From: a virus
Virus record (IMG/VR): IMGVR_UViG_3300022926_000006
Span: 1 to 64,000 of that record
Strand: one strand, 5' to 3'
Length of the DNA: 64,000 nt
Program-made: the position numbers and the translations under genes
The notes under the pieces: generated by a model
Database searches by the model: none
What the model was told of the DNA's origin: nothing
Seen by the model: only the letters and a program-made list of their open reading frames with translations
In this document: positions 19,346-29,300 of the stretch, piece after piece
Layout: every line of letters begins with the position of its first letter
How positions within the stretch are numbered: position 1 is the first letter of the stretch

Positions 19346-19873
19346 TTAAGTGTTCGGTGTGAAAGCACTTACGTCAAGTTCGGTGATAGTCATATAACCG
19401 TCCTTAAATTGTAAATTGTGCTGATTATTATCAGCACTCACTTGAATTGCAACAGTAATTAAGTTATTGTGACCTGGCGCCATAATGTGATTTAAATATA
19501 ATCCGGTAGCAAAGTTTGACAGATTAAATTGCTGTCTAACATTATGTTGAGAAAATCTTGGATTGTAAAAGTATCTTTCTCCACTTAATGTTCCTCTTCC
19601 ACCAATTATACCATTCATCAAGTATTCTGAATTACCATCAATAACTAATTGCATATTACCACTTCTAAGAGTTTCAGTCGTGCTATTTTCTGCGTATACA
19701 CTTCCAGTAAACACACACTCTAAATGGGAATCACGCTCAACTGGTTGAAAGGTTGTGTTATCCCATTCGGTCCATACTGAAGTACCACAACTAACATCAG
19801 AAAAATCGCAACCATAATGTTGGACTAATGTTGTTCCAAATATGCTTTTATTACTAATTTTCTTTAACGCCAT
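19346..19873 (-). CDS. Paralogous small structural protein (2 of 5)
   Basis: MALKKISNK, DSHLECVFTGS, FYNPRFSQHNVRQ. Confidence 0.8.
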   Translation of the reverse strand: MALKKISNKSIFGTTLVQHYGCDFSDVSCGTSVWTEWDNTTFQPVERDSHLECVFTGSVYAENSTTETLRSGNMQLVIDGNSEYLMNGIIGGRGTLSGERYFYNPRFSQHNVRQQFNLSNFATGLYLNHIMAPGHNNLITVAIQVSADNNQHNLQFKDGYMTITELDVSAFTPNT

Positions 19874-19899
19874 TATATAAATTCCAATTTTAAAATCAT

Positions 19900-20400
19900 T
19901 TAGTTTACGAAATTATTACCAGGAGTTCCGGAGGTAACTCCAGCGGCAACTTCTTTTGCACAGAAAAATCCATCATAACAATATGTAGTACCATTGTTTG
20001 TATTATTTTTAGACATTTGAATTTTCATAGTTTGTAAGTTTGTTGATCCTGGTAAATGTCTATGGAACATAGATACGGAATCACCTTCTCGTTGTCCAAA
20101 CTGAGTGAATGAGAATGAGTATGAACCAGGACCACTAACATTAACGATAGTATATTCATTAGTGCCGTTGATATCCAAATACATTGTTGCTTCAGCGGAA
20201 TCAGGATGTGTTGGTGTTGCAACAACACCACTAAAATGACACTCTAAGATACTATCAGCGTATTGTGGAGTTAGCGTAATACTGTCCCAGTCATTTTCAG
20301 TGCCGGTATTATTAAAGTTCATATCCGCAAAGTCTTTATATCGAACTTGAACAATAGTTGCTCCATGTACAATATGTTTAGTTAGTTTTGTTAATGCCAT
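19900..20400 (-). CDS. Paralogous small structural protein (1 of 5)
   Basis: MALTKLTKHIVHG, TPQYADSILECHFS, HRHLPGSTN.Q. Confidence 0.8.
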   Translation of the reverse strand: MALTKLTKHIVHGATIVQVRYKDFADMNFNNTGTENDWDSITLTPQYADSILECHFSGVVATPTHPDSAEATMYLDINGTNEYTIVNVSGPGSYSFSFTQFGQREGDSVSMFHRHLPGSTNLQTMKIQMSKNNTNNGTTYCYDGFFCAKEVAAGVTSGTPGNNFVN

Positions 20401-20412
20401 TTTGGTTCCCTT

Positions 20413-22806
20413 TTATATAAATCTAACAACTTCAATGGTATTTCCATCATTAGGAATTGCAGTCAAATATAATTTGTTACCTATAATAACATATTCATGT
20501 TGACCTTTCAATTCACCATCTAAAAATACTAGAAGTTTTTGTTCGTTATATGTGTCTTGTACAGTTCCATAAGAATGCTTCTCGAAAACAAGTTCCCCCA
20601 AATCGAAAATTTGTCTAATACCATCACATACGATTGTTAATTTTTTGGTTTCTAAGTTAGTATCTGATGATACACCAGCATAAGTTGTAATATCGAATAT
20701 ACCAATAACTTCAACAAATGCATCACTTGTAGGTGCGGTGTTAAATGTTAGATTTGTTCCAGTCAATGCATATTCATTATCTCTATACATTCTACCATTC
20801 ACATATACTAAAATACCAAAATCATCTGGAGTTGTCGTAGACGTAAATGGTAATGTATAATTGACACTACTACCATCACCTCTAAACATTGCTTTTCTTC
20901 TATTCGCCGCGGCAACTTCAGTACACTTCAAAACTTTCACATTAATTATAGAACCAAACTGAGGTGCTTCATCAAAGAAACAAATCTTGTTATTATTTAC
21001 AAAATATGCTTTGTCTTGCTGTAATACACCATCAATATAGATGATTACAGAGGATTCGCTGTCTGGATGTAATTCAATAGTTCCGGTTGCTCTATCGTAT
21101 AGACGAATAAACTTATGGTCACCAACACCAGTTGCAGGATTTCCTGTCATATCAATTTGTAAAGCATCTTGACATGTGGAATCAAGTCCAGTGAAGAAAA
21201 TTAGTTCAACAACAACTGGCGCGCCTGTAACAGCATCATCTGAATGACCGGCAGTCCCACCTATAGTTAAAGTATCTGTGGTTAATGCCCAACTATCTCT
21301 GTCCTGAATAATACCGTTGACAATCACCATAAACTTTTGTTCGTTTGCTAAGTTTGAGTTAAATGTCGCTTGGAAGTCTGAAGTTCTTGCAGTATAACCT
21401 GATGTTATGTCAAATGCCGCTGAGGCACCTGTTGTCGACCACACTATACGCTCTACACCAACAGAACCATTAATTGAAACGTCTAGGTCACTAATTAATC
21501 TTTCAATGTCCCTAATTTCAACAAAAGAAGCGTTTTCATCTTCGCCAACAAGTGAACCTATATTAACAGTAGTAATTGCTGATCCAGATGGGTCTCCTGG
21601 TCCTCCTGCAGTATTGGTATATGTATTATATGGTTGAATAATACCATCTACTGATACTAGATATTCATGTTCATTATTCGTCAGTGTGTATGCTGTATCT
21701 GACAACCATGCATTATCTAATGAATCCCATCTGGTGTTATTAATATCAAAATACTGTTGTCCGTCATTATTGGTAACACTATCGATAATAACTGTAGCAT
21801 CATTTGTACTACCTGCTTGATAAATATTCAATGCTTCTGATGTTTGAAATTCTCGCGAGAATTGATTTGCTGTGATGCTGGAAATTGAAACGCCAGTTAC
21901 AACGCCTCCCGCGGCAGTGATATTAACCCATAGTTCATTTCCAGAACCACCATATGCTCTAACATTATTGGCAGTTGTATATCCACTAGTGCCTGAAGCA
22001 CCAACAGAAACAGTAGCAGGAACACCCTCAAAGTCTTTAGTCATAATAACTCGTCTACACAGATTTGTATACTGTGCAGGAGAACCTTCTTGGAGATTTC
22101 TAAACTCAATTTCTGTGTTTTCGGTTAGAACATCATTGTGAACATATTTGTAACCACTTGTAATTAAATATTCGCGCTGGTTAGATACAATAGCATCGCC
22201 GTTATCCGAACTACCTCTACATACAATTACGTTATTTTCATTTTGCACATACTGATGCATAGGAATAATATTCTGATATCCATCAGTCTTTTCTCTAGTG
22301 CGTCTAATTGCAAGATTGTTTGATGCTAAAGTTTGACCAGTAGGATCAATGATATCATAGATTCCTCTGATTTCTACTTCAGCATTAAGAGATGGAACAG
22401 TATTAAGAATTACCTTACTACCAGAAAGCACATAATCTCTATCTTGTTGCACTTCACCATTAACGGTAACTAAAACTGAATATTCGTTAGGAGGAATAAA
22501 TCCACAATCAAAAATTCTCTGAATATTATCTGCAATGTGAAGTTTATGTCTGGTAGATTGAATATCTGTTGCCTTAGGCGCAACAATGACTAGTTCAGTT
22601 CCATCACCTGGTGCGTCAGCAAGAACAACCTTATTAGGATGCTTGAATACCCAATCTTGGTCATTTAGAAACGTACCATCTAAATAACACGCCAACTGAT
22701 TATCAGAATTTGGCACAAAATCTAATGTGAAGATTTTCTGAGTACCATCTCCTAATATTCTTTGTTGTCTTACTTTTACGTCTGTTGTTCTTCCAATATA
22801 AGGCAT
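20413..22806 (-). CDS. Multi-repeat virion/fibre protein
   Basis: Repeated ~60-70 aa beta units DG...F...V.(V/I)(N/D)G..Q...Y...G....F..AP.....(V/I)E. Confidence 0.7.
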   Translation of the reverse strand: MPYIGRTTDVKVRQQRILGDGTQKIFTLDFVPNSDNQLACYLDGTFLNDQDWVFKHPNKVVLADAPGDGTELVIVAPKATDIQSTRHKLHIADNIQRIFDCGFIPPNEYSVLVTVNGEVQQDRDYVLSGSKVILNTVPSLNAEVEIRGIYDIIDPTGQTLASNNLAIRRTREKTDGYQNIIPMHQYVQNENNVIVCRGSSDNGDAIVSNQREYLITSGYKYVHNDVLTENTEIEFRNLQEGSPAQYTNLCRRVIMTKDFEGVPATVSVGASGTSGYTTANNVRAYGGSGNELWVNITAAGGVVTGVSISSITANQFSREFQTSEALNIYQAGSTNDATVIIDSVTNNDGQQYFDINNTRWDSLDNAWLSDTAYTLTNNEHEYLVSVDGIIQPYNTYTNTAGGPGDPSGSAITTVNIGSLVGEDENASFVEIRDIERLISDLDVSINGSVGVERIVWSTTGASAAFDITSGYTARTSDFQATFNSNLANEQKFMVIVNGIIQDRDSWALTTDTLTIGGTAGHSDDAVTGAPVVVELIFFTGLDSTCQDALQIDMTGNPATGVGDHKFIRLYDRATGTIELHPDSESSVIIYIDGVLQQDKAYFVNNNKICFFDEAPQFGSIINVKVLKCTEVAAANRRKAMFRGDGSSVNYTLPFTSTTTPDDFGILVYVNGRMYRDNEYALTGTNLTFNTAPTSDAFVEVIGIFDITTYAGVSSDTNLETKKLTIVCDGIRQIFDLGELVFEKHSYGTVQDTYNEQKLLVFLDGELKGQHEYVIIGNKLYLTAIPNDGNTIEVVRFI

Positions 22807-22820
22807 CTATTACTCTCTCT

Positions 22821-23150
22821 TTACGGTGTAAATTCTAGAACACTAGCGACCACATCCAGTGAATCCGCTCTTGAGGCAGTCACTTTTAGTATTTCACCAT
22901 CTTCTAAATTTATAGGTCTTTCCCAGACGGCGCCTAAGTTTGCCGCTACAGGATATAAGTATGCAATGTAAAACAAGTTACCTGCACCATCATCGATTGC
23001 GATGTTGCAATACAAATCTTCAAGATTATATCTGTTAGTCACATAAATTGCGTGAATTGTAGTATACTTACCTGAGGGAACTGTATATAATGAAGTTCCT
23101 GATGTGGAAGCACCACTTACTTTTGCATTTTTAAAATTACCAACTGCCAT
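22821..23150 (-). CDS. Small virion structural protein, similar to 25150..25485
   Basis: LYTVPS, I.LE.G..LKVTAS....LD.VASVLE. Confidence 0.7.
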   Translation of the reverse strand: MAVGNFKNAKVSGASTSGTSLYTVPSGKYTTIHAIYVTNRYNLEDLYCNIAIDDGAGNLFYIAYLYPVAANLGAVWERPINLEDGEILKVTASRADSLDVVASVLEFTP

Positions 23151-23198
23151 TTTTAGTTATCCTATCTCTTTACTCTATTTATAATATTTTCTCTGCTA

Positions 23199-25148
23199 TT
23201 AACCCATAGCGATAGCAAAGAAACCTAAGTCTTCACTCAATGCCGCAGGTGCTACAATGCTTCTTGCAATTTTCTTCAAAGCAAATCCATCATCAGCATC
23301 AGCAACAATCAAATCATCACTACCTTGAATTGATGTAATTCTGGTAAGACCTGTAACAATGTTTGCTAAGTTTGGTGCAGTAACAAGAGCGGTTGCATTA
23401 ACGCTTGCCGCAGATAAGGTCGCACCAGTAATTGATATTGTAACATCTTGTAAATCTGTCATTGTTCCAGAACCATTAGCAGTAATATCTCCAGTGATAT
23501 CTACTTCAATTGTTGGTGCATTAACATCAATTTGAAAATCAATAACATCACCAGCATCATTGTTTGTTACTACAATAGTGTTTCCTGCTCCAGTAAATGT
23601 ACCAGTACCAGATGAAACGTATGTACCAACATAGTCTCTAATTTGCTCAATACCGGTAGCAGTTAAGTTGTCCATATCGGTATTTGCTTTTAATGCTAGT
23701 GAATTGGATATAGTTGTAGCAAAGTTTGCATCATCGTTAATCGCCGCGGCAAGTTCATTAAGCGTATCTAGTGCGGCAGGTGAACTATCAATCAAACCAG
23801 AAATAGCATTTCTTACATAGCGCATTGTCGCAACGCGAGAAGTATTCTGGTCTTGTCCATATGTTGCATATGTAAAGTTAACATATGGTGGAATATGCAT
23901 ACACGGACCACCACCTTCAGACAATGTGATTGAACCACCACTCTCTGAAACAAATGAAGTTCTGAATCCATGAACTGTCATCACATCACCTGTGATGTCC
24001 ATAATACGAGTTAACTGATTGTTTGCGGCGTTTGTACACCCTTCAATCTTACACACATCACCTTCTGTGAATGCACTAAACTCTCCAGTTGAAGATGTTG
24101 TAATAGTACACGCTGTTTGCTCTGAGAAGTACTCAGGGTTCGCCAAAGGAGCAATTGTTAGCGTTGATACTCCATTAAGACGAACCGCCTCAGGTAGTCT
24201 CTTATGAGCATACATGACTGTAGACTTCAACTCACCGTATGAGTTGTTTCTGTCAGTTGCTAATATAAGTTGGTCATCAGCACCAACTACCATGTCACCG
24301 TCTAGTAGTTCTACAGTTCCTAAAATGTCACCATCACTATCTTCTAGATTTACTCTTGCTTGTGCCGCGCTATCAGCATTGTTTTCATCACGAATAGTAA
24401 ATGTCGCGGCACCTGCTCCAGCGGCGGTATCTGAGAATGTGATTGTTCCGTCAATCTTAACATCACCAACAACGTGAAGTTTCTGTTCTGGTAACAGTGT
24501 TCCAATACCAACTCTTGAAGTTACTGTGTTTGCAAATAGAAGATTAGGATCAGTATCACCTTTTACATGAAAGTCAAGTGAAGTTTGACCATCATTAACA
24601 ATAATTTGATCCGCTCCTAACATCAATACAGATTTGAGAGTTCCACCTGCCATAACATTAAAGTCAAACTCACCTTTTTCTGCTCCATCTGTAGGATCAC
24701 CAATGTGCCCATACATTTCTGCGTAAATTGTACTCTCAGCGGCATCGTTTCTACCTTTAACACAGAATGTAGCAAGTTGGTCACTTGCTACAGGAGATGC
24801 ACTATCTCTGTCAAGTATAATTGTAGGTGCGCCTGCGGCGCCCGCATCATTATGGTAAATATTAACAACTTGACCTGATATATCTACAGCATGTGCAGGC
24901 GCGGCAACATTGATACCAATTCTATCATTGTCAGTATCAATTGCTAAAGTATCGGTATTAAATGTGTGAATACCAGTTGTGGCAGTATTTACAATAATGC
25001 CAGTTTGTGTTTGCTGTGTATCTGTAATTGTTAAATTCGTTACGGTTGATGCACTATCATCAATTCCAGTTGAACTGAAAGTGGTAATTGTACCGCCATC
25101 TAATCTATTACCTGATACTCTCGGTTGTGCGCCTACATATTTCGCCAT
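23199..25148 (-). CDS. Tail fibre protein
   Basis: RIGIN...P / RVGIGT..P...LHV.G repeats; SPAALDTLNELAAAINDDANFATT fibre motif. Confidence 0.8.
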   Translation of the reverse strand: MAKYVGAQPRVSGNRLDGGTITTFSSTGIDDSASTVTNLTITDTQQTQTGIIVNTATTGIHTFNTDTLAIDTDNDRIGINVAAPAHAVDISGQVVNIYHNDAGAAGAPTIILDRDSASPVASDQLATFCVKGRNDAAESTIYAEMYGHIGDPTDGAEKGEFDFNVMAGGTLKSVLMLGADQIIVNDGQTSLDFHVKGDTDPNLLFANTVTSRVGIGTLLPEQKLHVVGDVKIDGTITFSDTAAGAGAATFTIRDENNADSAAQARVNLEDSDGDILGTVELLDGDMVVGADDQLILATDRNNSYGELKSTVMYAHKRLPEAVRLNGVSTLTIAPLANPEYFSEQTACTITTSSTGEFSAFTEGDVCKIEGCTNAANNQLTRIMDITGDVMTVHGFRTSFVSESGGSITLSEGGGPCMHIPPYVNFTYATYGQDQNTSRVATMRYVRNAISGLIDSSPAALDTLNELAAAINDDANFATTISNSLALKANTDMDNLTATGIEQIRDYVGTYVSSGTGTFTGAGNTIVVTNNDAGDVIDFQIDVNAPTIEVDITGDITANGSGTMTDLQDVTISITGATLSAASVNATALVTAPNLANIVTGLTRITSIQGSDDLIVADADDGFALKKIARSIVAPAALSEDLGFFAIAMG

Positions 25149-25149
25149 A

Positions 25150-25485
25150 TTAGATGTCCTCTAAGATACTTGCAATTGCATTGAGTGATGATGCGGTATC
25201 ACTTGTCACTGCTACTTTATCACTTTCATTCAGAACAATCTTCTGTCCACTAATAAATGAAAGCGTTGAGTTCGCAGGTATAGTTATACCATTTCCAAGC
25301 ACTACATATGCAGAAGCGGAATCATCCCAGATTTCAACTGTAACGGCAATTGCACTAACAGTGGTATTAGCAAGTTCTAATCCAATAAGCATACTACGCT
25401 TACCTACTGCGGATGGTGTAGTATACATATCAACTCTTGATGTTCCTACCCCACTAGCAATTCTATTCTCAAAATCGTTTGCCAT
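25150..25485 (-). CDS. Small virion structural protein
   Basis: MAN.F, IG..LAN, IP.NSTL...G.KIVL...D...V.SDTASSL....SILE. Confidence 0.7.
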   Translation of the reverse strand: MANDFENRIASGVGTSRVDMYTTPSAVGKRSMLIGLELANTTVSAIAVTVEIWDDSASAYVVLGNGITIPANSTLSFISGQKIVLNESDKVAVTSDTASSLNAIASILEDI

Positions 25486-25510
25486 TTGTTTCCTCTATCC
25501 TTTATAGTAT

Positions 25511-25846
25511 TTATTCATAAAATCCATGTGCATCTAAATCAGTGTCAGTTCCAACAACATGAATAGGATGCATATCATATGCTAGAGGTTCTCCCTCTGA
25601 AATTCTCGCTCTTGTAATTCTATCACTCAATTCGTTCATAGTACCAACAACATCGCCAGTACTGATATCACCCGCAAGTAATGAAGTATCTCCAACTTTC
25701 GTTTCAATAACTCCAATGCCGTTGATAATATTATTTCCAAGAGATACATCTAATAAAGTTGTATCTCCAACATCATTAAACATTGTATTAGTTCTAGTAA
25801 ACCATTCCTTTAGAGATATTAATCTGTCGAATATAGTTACTGCCAT
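25511..25846 (-). CDS. Short fibre/collar-like structural protein
   Basis: SL.EW..RTN, VGD...L repeats; similar to the next gene. Confidence 0.55.
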   Translation of the reverse strand: MAVTIFDRLISLKEWFTRTNTMFNDVGDTTLLDVSLGNNIINGIGVIETKVGDTSLLAGDISTGDVVGTMNELSDRITRARISEGEPLAYDMHPIHVVGTDTDLDAHGFYE

Positions 25847-25855
25847 TTTTACTTC

Positions 25856-26137
25856 CTATGCAAATGCAATCAACTGTGGTCGCGTCAATGCAGTTGCGGT
25901 TGATAAATTATCAAAATTAGTTTTTACTTCATTAACGGCACTAACTATATTTGATTTATTTGCTGTTGATAAGTTATTCAAATCCCCAACATTATTATTC
26001 AAAGAATTAACACCACCAACAACAGTTGTTACACCAGCAGGAAGAGAAGCAGGATCACCTAAAGTTGTAGATACTGTATTTGTTTTTTGACGCCACTGGT
26101 CTAAACTGTCCGTTGATAATACTTGCGTAACTGCCAT
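25856..26137 (-). CDS. Short fibre/collar-like structural protein
   Basis: DSLDQWRQKTN, VGDL..L.T..KSNIVSAVNE coiled repeats. Confidence 0.6.
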   Translation of the reverse strand: MAVTQVLSTDSLDQWRQKTNTVSTTLGDPASLPAGVTTVVGGVNSLNNNVGDLNNLSTANKSNIVSAVNEVKTNFDNLSTATALTRPQLIAFA

Positions 26138-26138
26138 A

Positions 26139-26363
26139 TTATTTCTCCAAAATTTCTTTTAACAAATTCTTTATGTCTGTCATCTCATCTTTTAAACTAT
26201 TTAGTTCATCACATAGATGCTCTACTTTTTGTTTTTCTGCGGTTTTATTATTATACGCCTGCATAAATTGAATATATTCGTGTTTAGAAGTGTTAATTAC
26301 TGCACCACTTGACACATCTCTAACTAAATTATCATGCCCTTCAATTCTAAGTCTAGAAGACAT
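26139..26363 (-). CDS. Conserved hypothetical coiled-coil protein
   Basis: Likely start MSSRLRIEGH..LVRD.SSGAVINT; commonly follows the DUF4815 gene. Confidence 0.7.
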   Translation of the reverse strand: MSSRLRIEGHDNLVRDVSSGAVINTSKHEYIQFMQAYNNKTAEKQKVEHLCDELNSLKDEMTDIKNLLKEILEK

Positions 26364-26364
26364 A

Positions 26365-29300
26365 TTACACCGCCAGTGCAAGTACACGCAAGTTTTTAAT
26401 TTGCGGAACGCTTGCTGGATTAGTAGATTTAAACACCAACTTCACGGCAATTGATGAGAATCCATTTAGATTTTCGACTAGATGTGTTCTTTCTCTAAAG
26501 ATGAATTGATTTTCATCTGGTGAATCCGGAATTTCTGTCGTAGTTTGTACATATGGAATGGTGTCAAATGTTGCTTCATCACCATCAGGCAATACCTTAT
26601 AATAAACATCAACTGTTGTTCCGGCAGGTCTGTTCATTTCATATAAAATCTTAATCGCGGTAGAAGAATTTTCTAATGTAAATCTTCTAGTGACATAGTT
26701 TGCAAGATTGGTTGCGCCAACGGGTGCAATATCGTGAATGAACTTCTCTGCTTGGATAAGAGTGATAGCACTACTAGCACTTTCATCTACTCCAGGAGCA
26801 GGTGAAACTGTAATAGTCGATGTGGTACCATCATTTTTGTAATTTGTGATGATATAAGTTTTATCATTTGATGCGTTACCTGAACCACTAGTTGTAATTT
26901 CTTTACCAATATCTAATGTATCAAACTCTTCTCTAAGAGTTGCGTCAGTGGTTGTAATAGTACTATTAGTTGCAGAGTATGCAATATTTGTATTTGCAGT
27001 AGCAACAGTTCTATTATCAAAGTCGGCAACATTGACATCAGATGCAGTCAAGTTATCAATTCTATTAGCAACAGTACATAACGATACTCTCTGACTATCA
27101 ATTACAGGACTTACAAAAGAATTAGAACTAAACAATGTTGCTCTTAGTTGAGCAGAATATCCTGCCGTTGATTGATTATCATATGACATTATAGATTTTC
27201 TATCTGTAAAATATGTAATATCATTTTCAGGAATATTTTGCAATCCAGTAAATACTCCGCTTGTATTGCCGATATTCAAGTCATATGTTAATGATGTGTT
27301 TGCAAACTTTAGTTGTGTAACAGTAGGAGTAATAACGTCAACTGGTAGATTTCTAGTTGCGCGAACTCCAGCACCCCCAACAAAATCTGCAGAAAGAATA
27401 TCTGCTTCAGTTCCAGGATACGCTCCACCATCCGCGATGTTTGCTTCAGTAACTTCAATGACATATGTGTCTGTAGTAACTGGAGCAACAACTGTATGTT
27501 GTCCATTCAACTCTGTGTGTGGAATACCAACGCTTGTTGAGTTTGCACCATAGAATCCACTAGGTACTCCAGCAATTGATACTTTGTTGCCAGCAACAAA
27601 TCCATGATTTCTTTGATACACACGAACTTTATTCGAACCAGTTGTTGTTTCAAATGGGTCAGTTCTTAAAGTTGTGTAACCATTTCTGGAGTTTTGAAAG
27701 TTAATTTGTCCAACTGCATCACTAAACTCGGCGCGATGTAAGGTAAACTTCAAATCTCTAGTTTGGAAAGGAGTCCATGTTCCACCATTCTGCGATAAGA
27801 ACATTGTTCCAGTTAACGGATTTTGAGATACAATTCGACCATCACCAATATTTGTTTTACCAACTTCAGAGAAGAATACTCTCATTCCAGGTTCATCTGC
27901 TTTAAGAACAAGCGCATAAGTTGCGTCTTGTTGCATAAACACAGGACTATCAAAGGAAATAGTGGTTGATACAGTAGCATCATCAGAAGTATTAATTGCT
28001 GATGCAGGAATTGTTTTCTGTGCTAGAATTTTACCTGATGGATTTCCATCTTTAGTATTAAGTAACTGTACAATTAATGGGCGAGTACCTCTAGCAGAGA
28101 AGAACAAATCAACTTTAGTAATCATTGCTCCATCAATAACATCTTGAACTACAAAAGTTTGTGCAAGTGGATCATGTCCAATTCTACGAGTTGGGGTAAA
28201 TCTTGAAGATGTACCAATACTTCTTGTCACAACTCTATCTTGCTGTACGCGGTCACGAACAAACTCTGCTTGACGAACAGATAGAATTGTTTCTTCTCTC
28301 TCTTCATTTAGACCAGAAGCATGGAAAATTCTCTCTGCTTTGGTTGAGTGTGTTCCGTAATCTAGATTGTTCGATATATTGTCTATTAATCTAAATACTC
28401 TCTCACCAGTTCTAAACTGCGTTGATGCATTGTTTGGTACAACGAATACGCCATTAAATGAACCATCATCATCAGTAATCTTATCACCACCAAACTTCTG
28501 AAGTTTCTTATAAACATCAGTTGATGTAGCATCTGTTACATCATTCACCGCTGTAATTGTACACTGGTTAATATTACCAGCATTATTAAGAAGTGTTCCT
28601 GTTAAAACGTCACCAATTGCAAATCCATTTTGTCTGTTTGTAATATTAATATCAACAGGAGCGTTAGCGGCACCATTAGGATCATCTGGTCTCTGATAAG
28701 AGACAACACCAGATGCTTGCAATCTTGTAGCAGTTCCACCGCTGGTATATGCGGTTAGTGCAGATACAGGTGAATTATTATAATCAATTTGAATAATAGT
28801 AATTTGATTTGTTCCAGTGTTTACACTTTCTACAAAATATCTGTTATCATTAACACCATCATAGTTAAGTTCTATCGCACCACCAATGTTGGCAAAGGTG
28901 ACCATATGACCAACTGCAATACCATTCACGCTTGCAAGTGTGATAGTTGTTACATTACCAACTTGAGTTACGTTAGTTACAGTTGTTGGTGTGTGTACTT
29001 GGTTGCGAACCACATCACCAAATCCAAATGCGGCAAATGGTTGCTTTAACCATGACCCAGAATTTTGGTCAAATGAATCCCAAAATCTTGCACTATCTGT
29101 ATCTGCCTGTGATCCAGGGTCTGCCATTGGGGTAAACTGAAAATCAGTACGATTTGTTGATGTTACTGTTAGTTTTTCATCTGGACGAACATATGCATTA
29201 ACATTAACATTATCAAAGAATGCTTGTACTTTGGTGCGCGGTTTCATGTTTCCAACAGAAACGTGAATTGGAATTTCACGCATGTAAGGAATTAAAGAAA

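Noticed and set aside
17657-20400. Possible diversity-generating retroelement target array
   Set aside because: No reverse transcriptase and no near-identical template/variable repeat pair with adenine-specific differences were seen; paralogues diverge throughout.
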